Origin: Bacilli bacterium
GTDB lineage: Bacteria; Bacillota_I; Bacilli_A; ML615J-28; CAG-313
DNA: 64,000 nucleotides
Assembly (NCBI GenBank): GCA_045119035.1
Contig: JBGVCU010000036.1
Coordinates: 9,060-73,059, forward strand
Reading direction: 5' to 3'
Below, in pieces: positions 10,561 to 19,694 of this stretch (its first letter is position 1; every line of letters starts with the position of its first letter). The notes below the pieces were generated by a model. The model was given only the letters and a program-made list of their open reading frames with translations, made no database searches and was not told where the DNA came from. The position numbers were made by a program, and so were the translations under genes.

Positions 10561-11322
10561 ATGAAAGTATTAATTATTTATTATTTAATATCACTTTTAA
10601 TAAGTTGTATTATTTTAAATATTTGTCATAAAAAAATAAAAACTGAGTCAACAAAAGATTTAATTTTAAAAATAGTTACATTTACAACAGTATTACTACA
10701 TTATAGTGATATTTGGTATAGCTATTTTACAACAGGTGTTGCAGAAGTTAATAGTTCTCATCTATTTGCAATTTATCCTTGTCATATTATGATGTGGATC
10801 TCAGTAATTTATGCTTTTTGTATAAAGAAAGATTCTACAATCGGTCATATTTTTGCTGATTTTATGTTTTACGTTGGATTCTTTTGTGGAACAATAGGTA
10901 TTGTTGTTAATGAAATCTATCTTTCTACACCAGATATTACCGATTATTATGTTTTAAAAGGATTACTTAGTCATAGTACTTTATTATTTGGTTGTTTATA
11001 TGTTTTTGTTATGAAATATGTTAAAATTAATACACTTCAAAATTTAAAAAGTGTAGTTGTTGGTTTATTAGTATTTATTATTGATGGAATTTTTATTATT
11101 AATCTATTTAGATTATTTGATTTAGATGCACCTAATGCTATGTATTTATTAGAAGCACCTTTTGAAGATTTACCATTTATAAATACAGCAACAATTGGTA
11201 TTGCTGGAGTTATAATGGTTGTTATTATATCTACGATTTTAGAGTTAATTTTCTTACCTAAAGAAGAAGTGTGGATTAACAAATTATGTAAAAAAGGAGA
11301 AGAAAAATGTACGAATTCTTAG
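10561..11322 (+). CDS. polytopic integral membrane protein, YwaF/TMEM164-like family (paralog A)
   Basis: About 7 predicted TM helices. YPCHIMMW motif resembles the LP.H.C signature of the YwaF family. Family assignment is from memory, not a search. Confidence 0.4.
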   Translation: MKVLIIYYLISLLISCIILNICHKKIKTESTKDLILKIVTFTTVLLHYSDIWYSYFTTGVAEVNSSHLFAIYPCHIMMWISVIYAFCIKKDSTIGHIFADFMFYVGFFCGTIGIVVNEIYLSTPDITDYYVLKGLLSHSTLLFGCLYVFVMKYVKINTLQNLKSVVVGLLVFIIDGIFIINLFRLFDLDAPNAMYLLEAPFEDLPFINTATIGIAGVIMVVIISTILELIFLPKEEVWINKLCKKGEEKCTNS

Positions 11323-12083
11323 TTGATTTATTTAGCGATGATAAACCTGGTCAAATATCAGCTTTTTCATTATGGCATTTTATTTACTTATTTATTATAA
11401 TTTCTGCATGCGTTATTACAACAGTTATTTTAAGAAAAAAATCTGATGATGTTGTTGAAAAATCTTTAAACAGAATATCTATAGTTATTTTACTTGTTTA
11501 TATTTTGGATTTCTTTATTATGCCACTTTCAGAAGGTAGTATTAATACGGATAAATTGCCTTTTCATTTTTGTACAATGGCATCAATCTTAATTATTTTC
11601 TCAAGATATAATGAAAGAATGAAAAAGTTAAGACCACAAATTTTAGCTGTAAGTATGACAGCAACACTAATTTATTTAATTTACCCTGCAAGTGCATTTG
11701 GAGATGCTGGGGCACTTAGTTATCAAGTTATTCAAACATTAACATATCATGGTTTATTATTATTATATGCGATTGTTGCATTATTTACTGGTAATGTAAA
11801 ATTAGATATTAAGAAATATCATTATTGTATATTTGTTATTTTATTTGTTATTGCAATTGCATTTGTTGCAAATTATGCTTATTCAGAAGATTTATCAGAT
11901 CCATATGATTGGGCTTTTATTAATGGTGAAAACTTTAGTATTTTTCCTGATCATTTAAAAAGATTAATGATCTTTGCAGTGTTTTTTGCGTTTTCTGGTA
12001 GTACTCTTTTATTCTATGGTATTGCATATTACATTGAAAAAAGAATTCAAAACAAGCAAAAGTGTATTAAAAAAGCTAGCTAA
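11307..12083 (+). CDS. polytopic integral membrane protein, YwaF/TMEM164-like family (paralog B)
   Basis: Similar size and topology to the upstream ORF. LPFHFCTMAS motif. The two ORFs overlap by 16 nt, suggesting translational coupling. Confidence 0.4.
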   Translation: MYEFLVDLFSDDKPGQISAFSLWHFIYLFIIISACVITTVILRKKSDDVVEKSLNRISIVILLVYILDFFIMPLSEGSINTDKLPFHFCTMASILIIFSRYNERMKKLRPQILAVSMTATLIYLIYPASAFGDAGALSYQVIQTLTYHGLLLLYAIVALFTGNVKLDIKKYHYCIFVILFVIAIAFVANYAYSEDLSDPYDWAFINGENFSIFPDHLKRLMIFAVFFAFSGSTLLFYGIAYYIEKRIQNKQKCIKKAS

Positions 12084-12100
12084 AAGCTAGTTTTTTTATT
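12068..12100 (+). terminator. rho-independent terminator overlapping the stop of the second membrane-protein gene
   Basis: AAAAGCTAGC-taaaa-GCTAGTTTTTTT hairpin with a T-run. Coordinates approximate. Confidence 0.6.
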
Positions 12101-12205
12101 TTTCTTATAAAAAAATTGAAAACGTTTTAAAAATATTATTATTTTACTTTATTATTTTTTAATTATGTAGTATAATATGTTAAAATATGGTGAGGAGGAA
12201 TTATT

Positions 12206-12940
12206 ATGACATTACAAGAAAAAAGAAAATTTATTGAAGATAATAAACATAAGCTTACAAATGAAGAAATTGAATTCTTTAATTTTAATTTTGCTTGTGT
12301 TTATACTAGAAACTCAATAAGTATTGAACATGGTAAAAAAGAATTACCTATTGGAGAAATCATGGAAATCGTTCGTGGACATGCTGTAAGTTGTAACGAA
12401 GATTTAAAACGTAGCGTTTATAATCACTATTGTGCATTCTTAGATGTTAAAGAAGCTGCTGAAAATAATCAAGAATTCTCTGAAGATTTATTAAAAAATG
12501 TTCATACTACATTAATTAAAGGTGTTAATGATTTACCTGGTGGATTATACAGAAATGTAGATATCAGTATTAAAGGATCAAATCATACTCCACCTAGCTA
12601 CATTAAAGTATATGATCGTATGAGAAAATACTTTGATCAAATTAACGGTTCTGAAGAAGATCCAATCAAACTTGCTTGCTATGCACATTTACAATTAGCT
12701 AAAATTCATCCATTCCTAGATGGTAATGGAAGATTATCAAGATTAATGATGAACTTTATCTTAATGAAAAATGGTTTACTACCAATTAGTATTCCTGTTA
12801 AGAGACGTTTAGAATATTTTACATTATTAGAAGAATTCAAAGTAAATAAAAATCCTCAACCTTTTGAAGAATTCATTTATAATTTATTAGATTCTGAATA
12901 TGACCGTTTAATGGCATTAATCAACGTAAAAGAAAATTAA
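12206..12940 (+). CDS. Fic-domain protein (putative AMPylase / adenylyltransferase)
   Basis: Canonical Fic active-site motif HPFLDGNGRLSRL (HxFx[DE]GNGRxxR). Strong RBS GAGGAGG. Promoter-like TATAAT upstream. Confidence 0.8.
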   Translation: MTLQEKRKFIEDNKHKLTNEEIEFFNFNFACVYTRNSISIEHGKKELPIGEIMEIVRGHAVSCNEDLKRSVYNHYCAFLDVKEAAENNQEFSEDLLKNVHTTLIKGVNDLPGGLYRNVDISIKGSNHTPPSYIKVYDRMRKYFDQINGSEEDPIKLACYAHLQLAKIHPFLDGNGRLSRLMMNFILMKNGLLPISIPVKRRLEYFTLLEEFKVNKNPQPFEEFIYNLLDSEYDRLMALINVKEN

Positions 12941-12967
12941 AATAAAGTAAAAAATTAAGGTTAAAAA

Positions 12968-12997
12968 GGCTCGAATTTTATAATTTGAGTCTTTTTA
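12968..12997 (+). terminator. rho-independent terminator after the fic gene
   Basis: GGCTCGAATT-ttat-AATTTGAGTC with two G:U wobbles in the RNA, then a T5 run. Confidence 0.55.
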
Positions 12998-13063
12998 ATT
13001 TACATATTACTTTAAATTTTACACAAAATTTGATATAATATATCTAGTTAGTGAGGAAGACCT

Positions 13064-13588
13064 ATGAATAAGATTACAGAAATAATAAGTTATAAACACA
13101 ATGGGTTGCTTCATCGCGTATGGCAATTTGCTTATGTATTAAGAGAAACTGAAGATATGATTATCATGATTAATGATTGTAGTAATGTTATTGATGGTGA
13201 TGGTCGTAAATGGAAAACAAAAGAACCTGCGGTATGCTATTTTTATAAGAAAAAATGGTATAATATTATTTGTATGTTAAGAAATAATGCGGTGTATTAT
13301 TATTGTAATTTAAGTAGTCCATATGTAAAAGATGAAGAAGGTATAAAATATATTGATTATGATTTAGATGTAAAAGTATTTCCTAGTGGAGATAAGATTA
13401 TTCTTGATCGTGATGAATTTGATTTTAATAAATTTGATTATGGATATACTGATGAATTAGTGGAAATCATTGAAAGAGAATTAAGAAATTTACTTGATAT
13501 GATTGATAGAGGAGAAACTCCTTTTAATAAAGAATCTGTATTAAAAGAATATAATCAATACTTAGAAGAAACAAAGAACAATTATTAG
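13064..13588 (+). CDS. ntdp: UPF0374/DUF402 nucleoside tri-/diphosphate phosphatase (Ntdp-like, YgaC family)
   Basis: YKHNGLLHRVW, YYYCNLSSPY and YIDYDLDVKVFP match conserved blocks of the staphylococcal Ntdp/DUF402 family. Confidence 0.75.
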   Translation: MNKITEIISYKHNGLLHRVWQFAYVLRETEDMIIMINDCSNVIDGDGRKWKTKEPAVCYFYKKKWYNIICMLRNNAVYYYCNLSSPYVKDEEGIKYIDYDLDVKVFPSGDKIILDRDEFDFNKFDYGYTDELVEIIERELRNLLDMIDRGETPFNKESVLKEYNQYLEETKNNY

Positions 13589-13660
13589 AAATAATAATTG
13601 TTTTTTTGTTCTAAAATAATGAGTTTATTCATACCTTGAAGTAGAAAGTAGAGGAGTATT

Positions 13661-15136
13661 ATGAGTAATAAATATATTAATGATGTAATTGAAAGAACTA
13701 GTGGCGAATTATATTTAGGAGTTGTGGGTAGTGTCAGAAGTGGTAAAAGCACTTTTATTAGAAATTTTATAACAAAAAGAGTACTACCTTTAATTCAAGA
13801 TGAAAATATATTAAATAAGGTAAAAGATGAACTACCTTTAAGTAGTCAGGGAAAAAGAATCATGACCGTAGAACCTAAATTTGTACCTAGTGATCAAATG
13901 ACTTTATACTTAGAAGATAGTATCCCTTTGAAGGTTAGATTAATTGATAGTGTTGGTTATGTTTTACCTTCTAGTATTGGTTCTAAAAACGAAGATGGAA
14001 GTTCACGTTTAATAAAAACACCATGGTTTAGTGAAGAAATTCCATTTGAAGAAGCAGCAAAACTTGGAACAAAAAAAGTAATTGATGATCATTGTCATAT
14101 TGGAATTGTTGTTACTAGTGATGGTTCTTTTGGAGATTTTACAAGAGAAGAATATGAAGCAGTAGAAGAGGAAATTATTGATGATTTAAAAAAAGCTAAT
14201 AAGCCTTTCATCATAATCTTAAATACAACAAAACCTAATGATGAAACATCAATTGATCTTGCAAGTTCTTTAAAAGAAAAGTATAATGTTTCTGTTATTT
14301 GTTTAGATTTAGAAAATTTAACTACTGAAGATACTGAGTTGATTTTAAAAACTATTTTAGATGAATTTGATATTGAGGAATTAAATATTGATTATCCAAA
14401 ATTTATGGATTTATTAAATGAGGATATTCCTTCTAAAAATAATTTTATCCAAACTTTAGAAGAATTAACTCAAGAAGTTCAAAAAATGAAAGATGTCTAT
14501 AAGATTAAAGACCGATTGATTAGTAGTAATTTATTTGAATCAGTTGAATTAACTAAAGTAGATGCTGGACGTGGAATAGTAGATGTAAATACAAAGATTA
14601 GTGATGAAAAAGTCAGAGATATTATTTTTGAATTAACAAATGAATCTGTAAATGATTTAGAAGATTTAATGATATTACTTCAAAATTATAAAATGTTAAA
14701 AGAATTTAAAGAAAAATATACAAACTTAAATGATTGGATTAACCAAGATACAGGTTTTATTATCCCATCAATTGATAAAATGATTTTAAATGAACCAACA
14801 TTAATTAAACAAGGTTCAAAATACGGAATTAAATTATCAGCCACTGCACCTGTTAAACATTTGTGTGAAATTAAAATTGATTCTTCATTTGAACCAATTA
14901 TCGGTGAAGAGATGCAAGCTAAAATGTTACTTCAACATATGATAGATGATTATAATAAAGATCCAAATTTAATTTGGAATGCTTTATTCTTTGGTCAAAA
15001 ATTAAGTGATTTAATTTGCGATGGAGTTAAAGTTAAAGTAAATGAAGTAACAAGTGATGTTGAAAATAAATATATTAATAGTCTAGAAAAAATCACAAAC
15101 AAAGGTAAAGGTGGAGTAATTTCAATAGTTTTATAG
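13661..15136 (+). CDS. spoIVA: stage IV sporulation protein A (spore coat morphogenetic ATPase)
   Basis: N-terminus ...ERTSGELYLGVVGSVRSGKSTFIRNFI matches the SpoIVA Walker A region. Length is 491 aa. spoIVA-hbs adjacency as in B. subtilis. Confidence 0.85.
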   Translation: MSNKYINDVIERTSGELYLGVVGSVRSGKSTFIRNFITKRVLPLIQDENILNKVKDELPLSSQGKRIMTVEPKFVPSDQMTLYLEDSIPLKVRLIDSVGYVLPSSIGSKNEDGSSRLIKTPWFSEEIPFEEAAKLGTKKVIDDHCHIGIVVTSDGSFGDFTREEYEAVEEEIIDDLKKANKPFIIILNTTKPNDETSIDLASSLKEKYNVSVICLDLENLTTEDTELILKTILDEFDIEELNIDYPKFMDLLNEDIPSKNNFIQTLEELTQEVQKMKDVYKIKDRLISSNLFESVELTKVDAGRGIVDVNTKISDEKVRDIIFELTNESVNDLEDLMILLQNYKMLKEFKEKYTNLNDWINQDTGFIIPSIDKMILNEPTLIKQGSKYGIKLSATAPVKHLCEIKIDSSFEPIIGEEMQAKMLLQHMIDDYNKDPNLIWNALFFGQKLSDLICDGVKVKVNEVTSDVENKYINSLEKITNKGKGGVISIVL

Positions 15137-15209
15137 TCTTTTTAAATAGTATTTTACTTTATTTTTATGGGCAAATATGGTAAGATATTAATAGAGAGGA
15201 TAAACTAAT

Positions 15210-15488
15210 ATGACTAAAAGACAATTAATTAAAGAAATTCATTTAAATACAAGTTTACGCTATATTGATGTTGAAGATGTTGTTAATCAAGTTTTTGAAA
15301 AAATGGCTCAAGCAATAGTTGATGATGATAAAATAACAATTAATGGTTTTGGAACATTTGAAAAACAAGAACAACCTGGTTATATTGGTGTTAATCCTAA
15401 TACCGGTGAAAGAATGGAAGTTAAATCTTATAAGAAAATTCGTTTCACAACAGGTAAAACTTTAAAATTTAGAATAAATGAAGAATAA
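15210..15488 (+). CDS. hup: DNA-binding protein HU
   Basis: 92 aa with HU/IHF family signatures (GFGTFE, arm region ...NPNTGE...). Confidence 0.9.
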   Translation: MTKRQLIKEIHLNTSLRYIDVEDVVNQVFEKMAQAIVDDDKITINGFGTFEKQEQPGYIGVNPNTGERMEVKSYKKIRFTTGKTLKFRINEE

Positions 15489-15514
15489 AAAAAGACTCTT
15501 TTAGAGTCTTTTTT
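15488..15514. terminator. bidirectional terminator between hup and the convergent CPBP protease gene
   Basis: AAGACTCT-ttt-AGAGTCTT flanked by A-run and T-run. Confidence 0.75.
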
Positions 15515-16397
15515 ACATTTCTGGCATAAGTAAAGTTACAAGCACAGATATTGTATTGTTTATCATATGTAATATAATAACAGGGATAATATTTCTTTTT
15601 GAATATTGATAAGTTAATCCTAAACCTACACCCATTGCTGAATAAATGAATAAGTAAAGGAATTGTTGGATAACGCTTTTCCATTTAGAAGGATCTTCTA
15701 AAGCAGGTCCAATAGATTCTATAAATGGACTAATGATATGAATTGCTCCAAATAATAAACTTGAAAAAATAATTGTTAATAGAGGATTAAATCTTCTTGA
15801 AAATAAATTAAAGAAACATTTTCTAAATACAATTTCTTCAACGATTGGAGCAAGAATGATAACAGAAATACTCATGAAAATGAAATTTGCTGTTCCTGAT
15901 GTTAAAATTTCAACAATAGCTTGTTCATTTCCAGCTTCTTCAGTAAGTCCAAATATCATTTGTAAGATTCCACTTACATAGTTGCAAATCATGAAAAATA
16001 CAAAACCTACGACGATGTATTGAACAAACTTACCAAATCTTATATTTTTAAGTTCTCTTAAATCTACTATCACCATGTATCCAGCGATTAATCCGATAAC
16101 TATTAATCCGATTACGTAAACAACAAAATTACCAAATGAACCAGAAAAATACATTAAATCTTTTGTTATAACTGGATCAAAATGTACAGATTCAGGATTT
16201 ATTTGATCTAAAGTATAACCTTTAGCGGCCATATAACCAAGTTGTACAACTAGCCCAATGATTGCACTAATGATCATAAATAAAGCAACATAAACTATAA
16301 TTGCATAATTGGTTCTTTTTCTAGTTTTTTCTGAATTGTCGATTGTAGCATATGTGATATCTAAAAAAGATTGTTGATTGTTTTGCATAATAAGCAC
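15513..16397 (-). CDS. CPBP-family (CAAX/Abi) intramembrane metalloprotease
   Basis: Polytopic membrane protein with the EEIVFR motif 1 and FGAIH motif 2, characteristic of CPBP/Abi proteases. Confidence 0.7.
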   Translation of the reverse strand: MLIMQNNQQSFLDITYATIDNSEKTRKRTNYAIIVYVALFMIISAIIGLVVQLGYMAAKGYTLDQINPESVHFDPVITKDLMYFSGSFGNFVVYVIGLIVIGLIAGYMVIVDLRELKNIRFGKFVQYIVVGFVFFMICNYVSGILQMIFGLTEEAGNEQAIVEILTSGTANFIFMSISVIILAPIVEEIVFRKCFFNLFSRRFNPLLTIIFSSLLFGAIHIISPFIESIGPALEDPSKWKSVIQQFLYLFIYSAMGVGLGLTYQYSKRNIIPVIILHMINNTISVLVTLLMPEM

Positions 16398-16500
16398 CTC
16401 TATAAATATATTATACCAAAATAAAAAAAATAATTCAATAAAACTAAACTCTTATTAATATTTATTAATATATTTGAATAAATATTAATGGAGGTCTTTT

Positions 16501-17325
16501 ATGAAGAAAAAAATACTAATTGTTTTTATATTATTAGCTTTGGTTATTTTAGGTCTTATCATTCCTAATAATAAATTTATGAATTTCTTTAATAAACAAG
16601 AGGATGTTAAATATATTGATTCTTGCTTTGTGTATTTACTTAATGATGATGAGGAGTTAGTTGGAATAACTGTTTCTTTAACAGAAGAAGTTATTGACGA
16701 ATTTACAACAGTGTGGAATTTACTAACAGTTGATGTTCCAAAAGGATATCATTCACCTATTTATTTTAGTACACAAGTAATTAATTGTGAAATTAAAGAT
16801 GATGAAATGTTATTAAATGTATCTGAAGATTTACTTATTGAAACATCTAGAAAAACACTAGAATGCTTGGTATATAATTTCTGTGTAAATGATGTTAAAA
16901 AGATTAACTTACAAGTAAATAGTGAAAAAATTAACGAATTAGATGGTATACATTTTGATTATTTAACAAAGAATATTGGAGTTAATTTAACTTTTGAAGA
17001 AATGGATGTTTTAAATTCAAAAGATTTAACAATGGTTTATGAATATACTGATTATGTAAAACCAGTTACATATTTTGTAAATGAGGATACTGAAGTAATT
17101 ACTTATCTTGTAATGAAGTCATTGTTAATGTCAGAAGAGGTTAATGTTGTAGATGTTGCAGATAAGGTGAGCTATGATATTGTTGATAATATTTTAAATG
17201 TTAATGTCACATCATATGAATCTTTTAATGAGCAAGTATTAAATACAATTGCTTCTACTTTTAAAGAGAACTTTACGTTTAATCAAATTTTAGTTAATGG
17301 ATTAGAATTAGATATTAGTAAATAG
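16501..17325 (+). CDS. hypothetical secreted/membrane-anchored protein, possibly GerM-like (GerMN domain)
   Basis: N-terminal signal/anchor. Position immediately upstream of rdgB mirrors B. subtilis gerM-rph-rdgB. No strong motif seen, so the call rests on synteny. Confidence 0.3.
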   Translation: MKKKILIVFILLALVILGLIIPNNKFMNFFNKQEDVKYIDSCFVYLLNDDEELVGITVSLTEEVIDEFTTVWNLLTVDVPKGYHSPIYFSTQVINCEIKDDEMLLNVSEDLLIETSRKTLECLVYNFCVNDVKKINLQVNSEKINELDGIHFDYLTKNIGVNLTFEEMDVLNSKDLTMVYEYTDYVKPVTYFVNEDTEVITYLVMKSLLMSEEVNVVDVADKVSYDIVDNILNVNVTSYESFNEQVLNTIASTFKENFTFNQILVNGLELDISK

Positions 17326-17378
17326 TTAAATATTAGATTTTTTCTTGTGAATATTGTATAATATCTATAGGTGATTTT

Positions 17379-17975
17379 ATGAAAAAAATATTATTTGCAA
17401 CATCAAATATGGGAAAATTAAAAGAAGTAAAAAGTTATTTAAATGAATATAACATTGAAGTTATCTCTTTAAATGACTTTCCAAAAGTGGATGAACCAAT
17501 AGAAAATAAGGAAACTTTTTTAGAAAATGCAATTCTAAAAGCAAAATACTATCATGAAATATTTAAAATCCCTGTAATTGCTGATGATTCAGGTCTATGT
17601 GTTGTAGAACTAGGTAATAAACCTGGTGTTTATTCTGCAAGATATGCAGGAATTAGTGATAGCAAATTAAAAGATGAAGCTAATATAAATAAGTTACTTA
17701 ATGATTTACAAGATGTTAATAGTCCTCATGCTTATTTTGAATCAGTGATTGTTTATTATTCAACTGATTCTGTTATTAATGTTAATGGGGTTTTAGAAGG
17801 TACAATTATTAAAGAAAAAAGAGGTTCTAATGGTTTTGGTTATGACCCTATTTTTGTCCCGAACGGTTATAATTTAAGTTTAGCTCAGATGTCGCTTGAA
17901 GAGAAAAATAAAATTAGTCATAGAGCTAAAGCACTTCATAATTTAAAGAAATATTTTAATGAAATATTTAAGTAA
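17379..17975 (+). CDS. rdgB: non-canonical purine NTP pyrophosphatase (RdgB/HAM1)
   Basis: [14 protein letters not shown]-terminus and FGYDPIF motif. Confidence 0.88.
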   Translation: MKKILFATSNMGKLKEVKSYLNEYNIEVISLNDFPKVDEPIENKETFLENAILKAKYYHEIFKIPVIADDSGLCVVELGNKPGVYSARYAGISDSKLKDEANINKLLNDLQDVNSPHAYFESVIVYYSTDSVINVNGVLEGTIIKEKRGSNGFGYDPIFVPNGYNLSLAQMSLEEKNKISHRAKALHNLKKYFNEIFK

Positions 17976-18003
17976 ATAAGTCTTACAAAAAACGCACTTT
18001 ATT

Positions 18004-18031
18004 TTACAAAATTCAAGAAATATGTTATAAT
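18004..18031 (+). promoter_or_regulatory. putative sigma-A promoter for rpsU (TTACAA-N16-TGtTATAAT, extended -10)
   Basis: TTACAA at 18004-18009 and TATAAT at 18026-18031, preceded by TG. Confidence 0.45.
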
Positions 18032-18073
18032 TTATATGCTTTAATTTATGGTGCGGAAGGAGGGACCAGGAAA

Positions 18074-18250
18074 ATGCCAAAAACAATCGTTAGAGAAAAT
18101 GATACATTAGACGAAGCTTTAAAAAGATTTAAACGTGATGTTTCAAGATCAGGTACCCTTGTGGAAGCTCGTAAACGTCAACATTTCATGAAACCAAGTG
18201 ATATTCGTAAAGAAAAGAAACGTGCTTTACGTAAAGCTGGTCGTCACTAG
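18074..18250 (+). CDS. rpsU: 30S ribosomal protein S21 (absent from ORF track, 58 aa)
   Basis: Translation [58 protein letters not shown] is a textbook S21. RBS GGAAGGAGGG upstream. Terminator downstream. Confidence 0.9.
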   Translation: MPKTIVRENDTLDEALKRFKRDVSRSGTLVEARKRQHFMKPSDIRKEKKRALRKAGRH

Positions 18251-18258
18251 TAGTAACT

Positions 18259-18283
18259 AACTCATCATTTGATGAGTTTTTTA
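18259..18283 (+). terminator. rho-independent terminator after rpsU
   Basis: AACTCATCA-ttt-TGATGAGTT followed by T-run. Confidence 0.75.
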
Positions 18284-18335
18284 TTTTATTCAGGTATTAT
18301 TGTTTAATTTATTAATATAATATATTGGTGATATT

Positions 18336-18566
18336 TTGAATTATAAAAAAGATTTAACAAAAGTTTTACCAATTGATCAAAAACTTTCAATAATTTATAA
18401 ATTAAATTTAATTGAAATAAATAATTTTACAAATATTTATGATATTAAAAATAACACAATATTGATTGATAATTATCAAATTAATGGTGATTTTTTAAAA
18501 ATTACAACAATTGAAAATAGGTGTATTCAAATTGAAGGAACTATTAAAGAAATTAAAATCTTATAA
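18336..18566 (+). CDS. yqfC: sporulation protein YqfC-like (YabP/YqfC family)
   Basis: 76 aa, TTG start. The pattern LIDNYQINGDFLKITTIENRCIQIEGTIKEIKIL fits the YabP/YqfC beta-rich repeat. Synteny rpsU..yqfC-yqfD-phoH as in Bacillus. Confidence 0.45.
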   Translation: MNYKKDLTKVLPIDQKLSIIYKLNLIEINNFTNIYDIKNNTILIDNYQINGDFLKITTIENRCIQIEGTIKEIKIL

Positions 18567-19614
18567 ATATCCTTATATAATTAAAATATCACTAGATACT
18601 TTAAATAAAGAAATTGATGTAATAAATGTTGAAATATCAGATAATGATGTTGTTTGTAATACAAATAAAAAGACAATTAATTTTTTTAATGATAATAATA
18701 TTCAATATGAATTATTAAATAAAAGAAAATATTTTAAGTATTTTATCTTTAAAAAATGGATAATGATTGTATCTTTATTAATGATAATACTAATAATGTT
18801 TACATCTAACACTTTAATAAGGAAAATATCATTTAAATCAAAAGGTTTTTATAATGAAGAAGTATATGAATTTGTAATTGATCATTTATATAAAGTAGGT
18901 AATTGTTATATTCTAAAAGATGATTTAAATCAATTAAATAAAGAAATAAGAACAACTTTTAATTATTATGAGTTTATCAATATTTCAAAAGAAAACGGTA
19001 ATTTAATAATTAATATAGTAAAAAACGCTAAAAATTATGATGATAGTGAATCGTTTATAACTAATGAGCTTGTTTCATCTAAAAATGCTTATGTATTAAA
19101 AATTAATATTTCCAGTGGTATAAGAAATGTAGATCTTTTTCAAATGGTTAAAAAAGGAGATCTGCTTATTAGTGGAGAAAACGTATCTGGTAATGTGGTT
19201 GCTAGATGCATAGAAATTAAAGAATATACTATACCTAAAAAATATAAAAGAAAAGTATACACAAATAATTATTTTGTTAATCGGTATATTAAATTTAATA
19301 ATCATAATAAAATAGAAAAAGCACCGTATAAGCTCTATTACAAATATGTAAATATAATATATGAACTAGGAAATTTTTCTTTAGTAGAAGAAACGTATTT
19401 TGAACAAGTAGAATTAGATATTGAATACGATATATCTGAAATTGAAGAATACGCTAAAGAATATATAAAATATTTATTTTATAAAAATCATCATTATGAA
19501 GATGAAAAAATAATTGATATTAAGATACTTGATAAAAGAGAAGATAATAATTATTTATATATTAAAAGTGTTAATACAACAATTGAACAAATAGCTATTG
19601 AAAAGAATGATTGA
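18511..19614 (+). CDS. yqfD: putative stage IV sporulation protein YqfD-like (single TM)
   Basis: 367 aa, one TM helix about 90 aa from the N-terminus. Position between yqfC and phoH. Overlaps yqfC by 56 nt; the true start may differ. Confidence 0.4.
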   Translation: MKIGVFKLKELLKKLKSYKYPYIIKISLDTLNKEIDVINVEISDNDVVCNTNKKTINFFNDNNIQYELLNKRKYFKYFIFKKWIMIVSLLMIILIMFTSNTLIRKISFKSKGFYNEEVYEFVIDHLYKVGNCYILKDDLNQLNKEIRTTFNYYEFINISKENGNLIINIVKNAKNYDDSESFITNELVSSKNAYVLKINISSGIRNVDLFQMVKKGDLLISGENVSGNVVARCIEIKEYTIPKKYKRKVYTNNYFVNRYIKFNNHNKIEKAPYKLYYKYVNIIYELGNFSLVEETYFEQVELDIEYDISEIEEYAKEYIKYLFYKNHHYEDEKIIDIKILDKREDNNYLYIKSVNTTIEQIAIEKND

Positions 19615-19694
19615 TTCATTCTTTTTTATTTATCAATGGATAAGACAAAAGTTAAATTTTTTGATATAATATAGTAAAGATATGGAGTGATACT

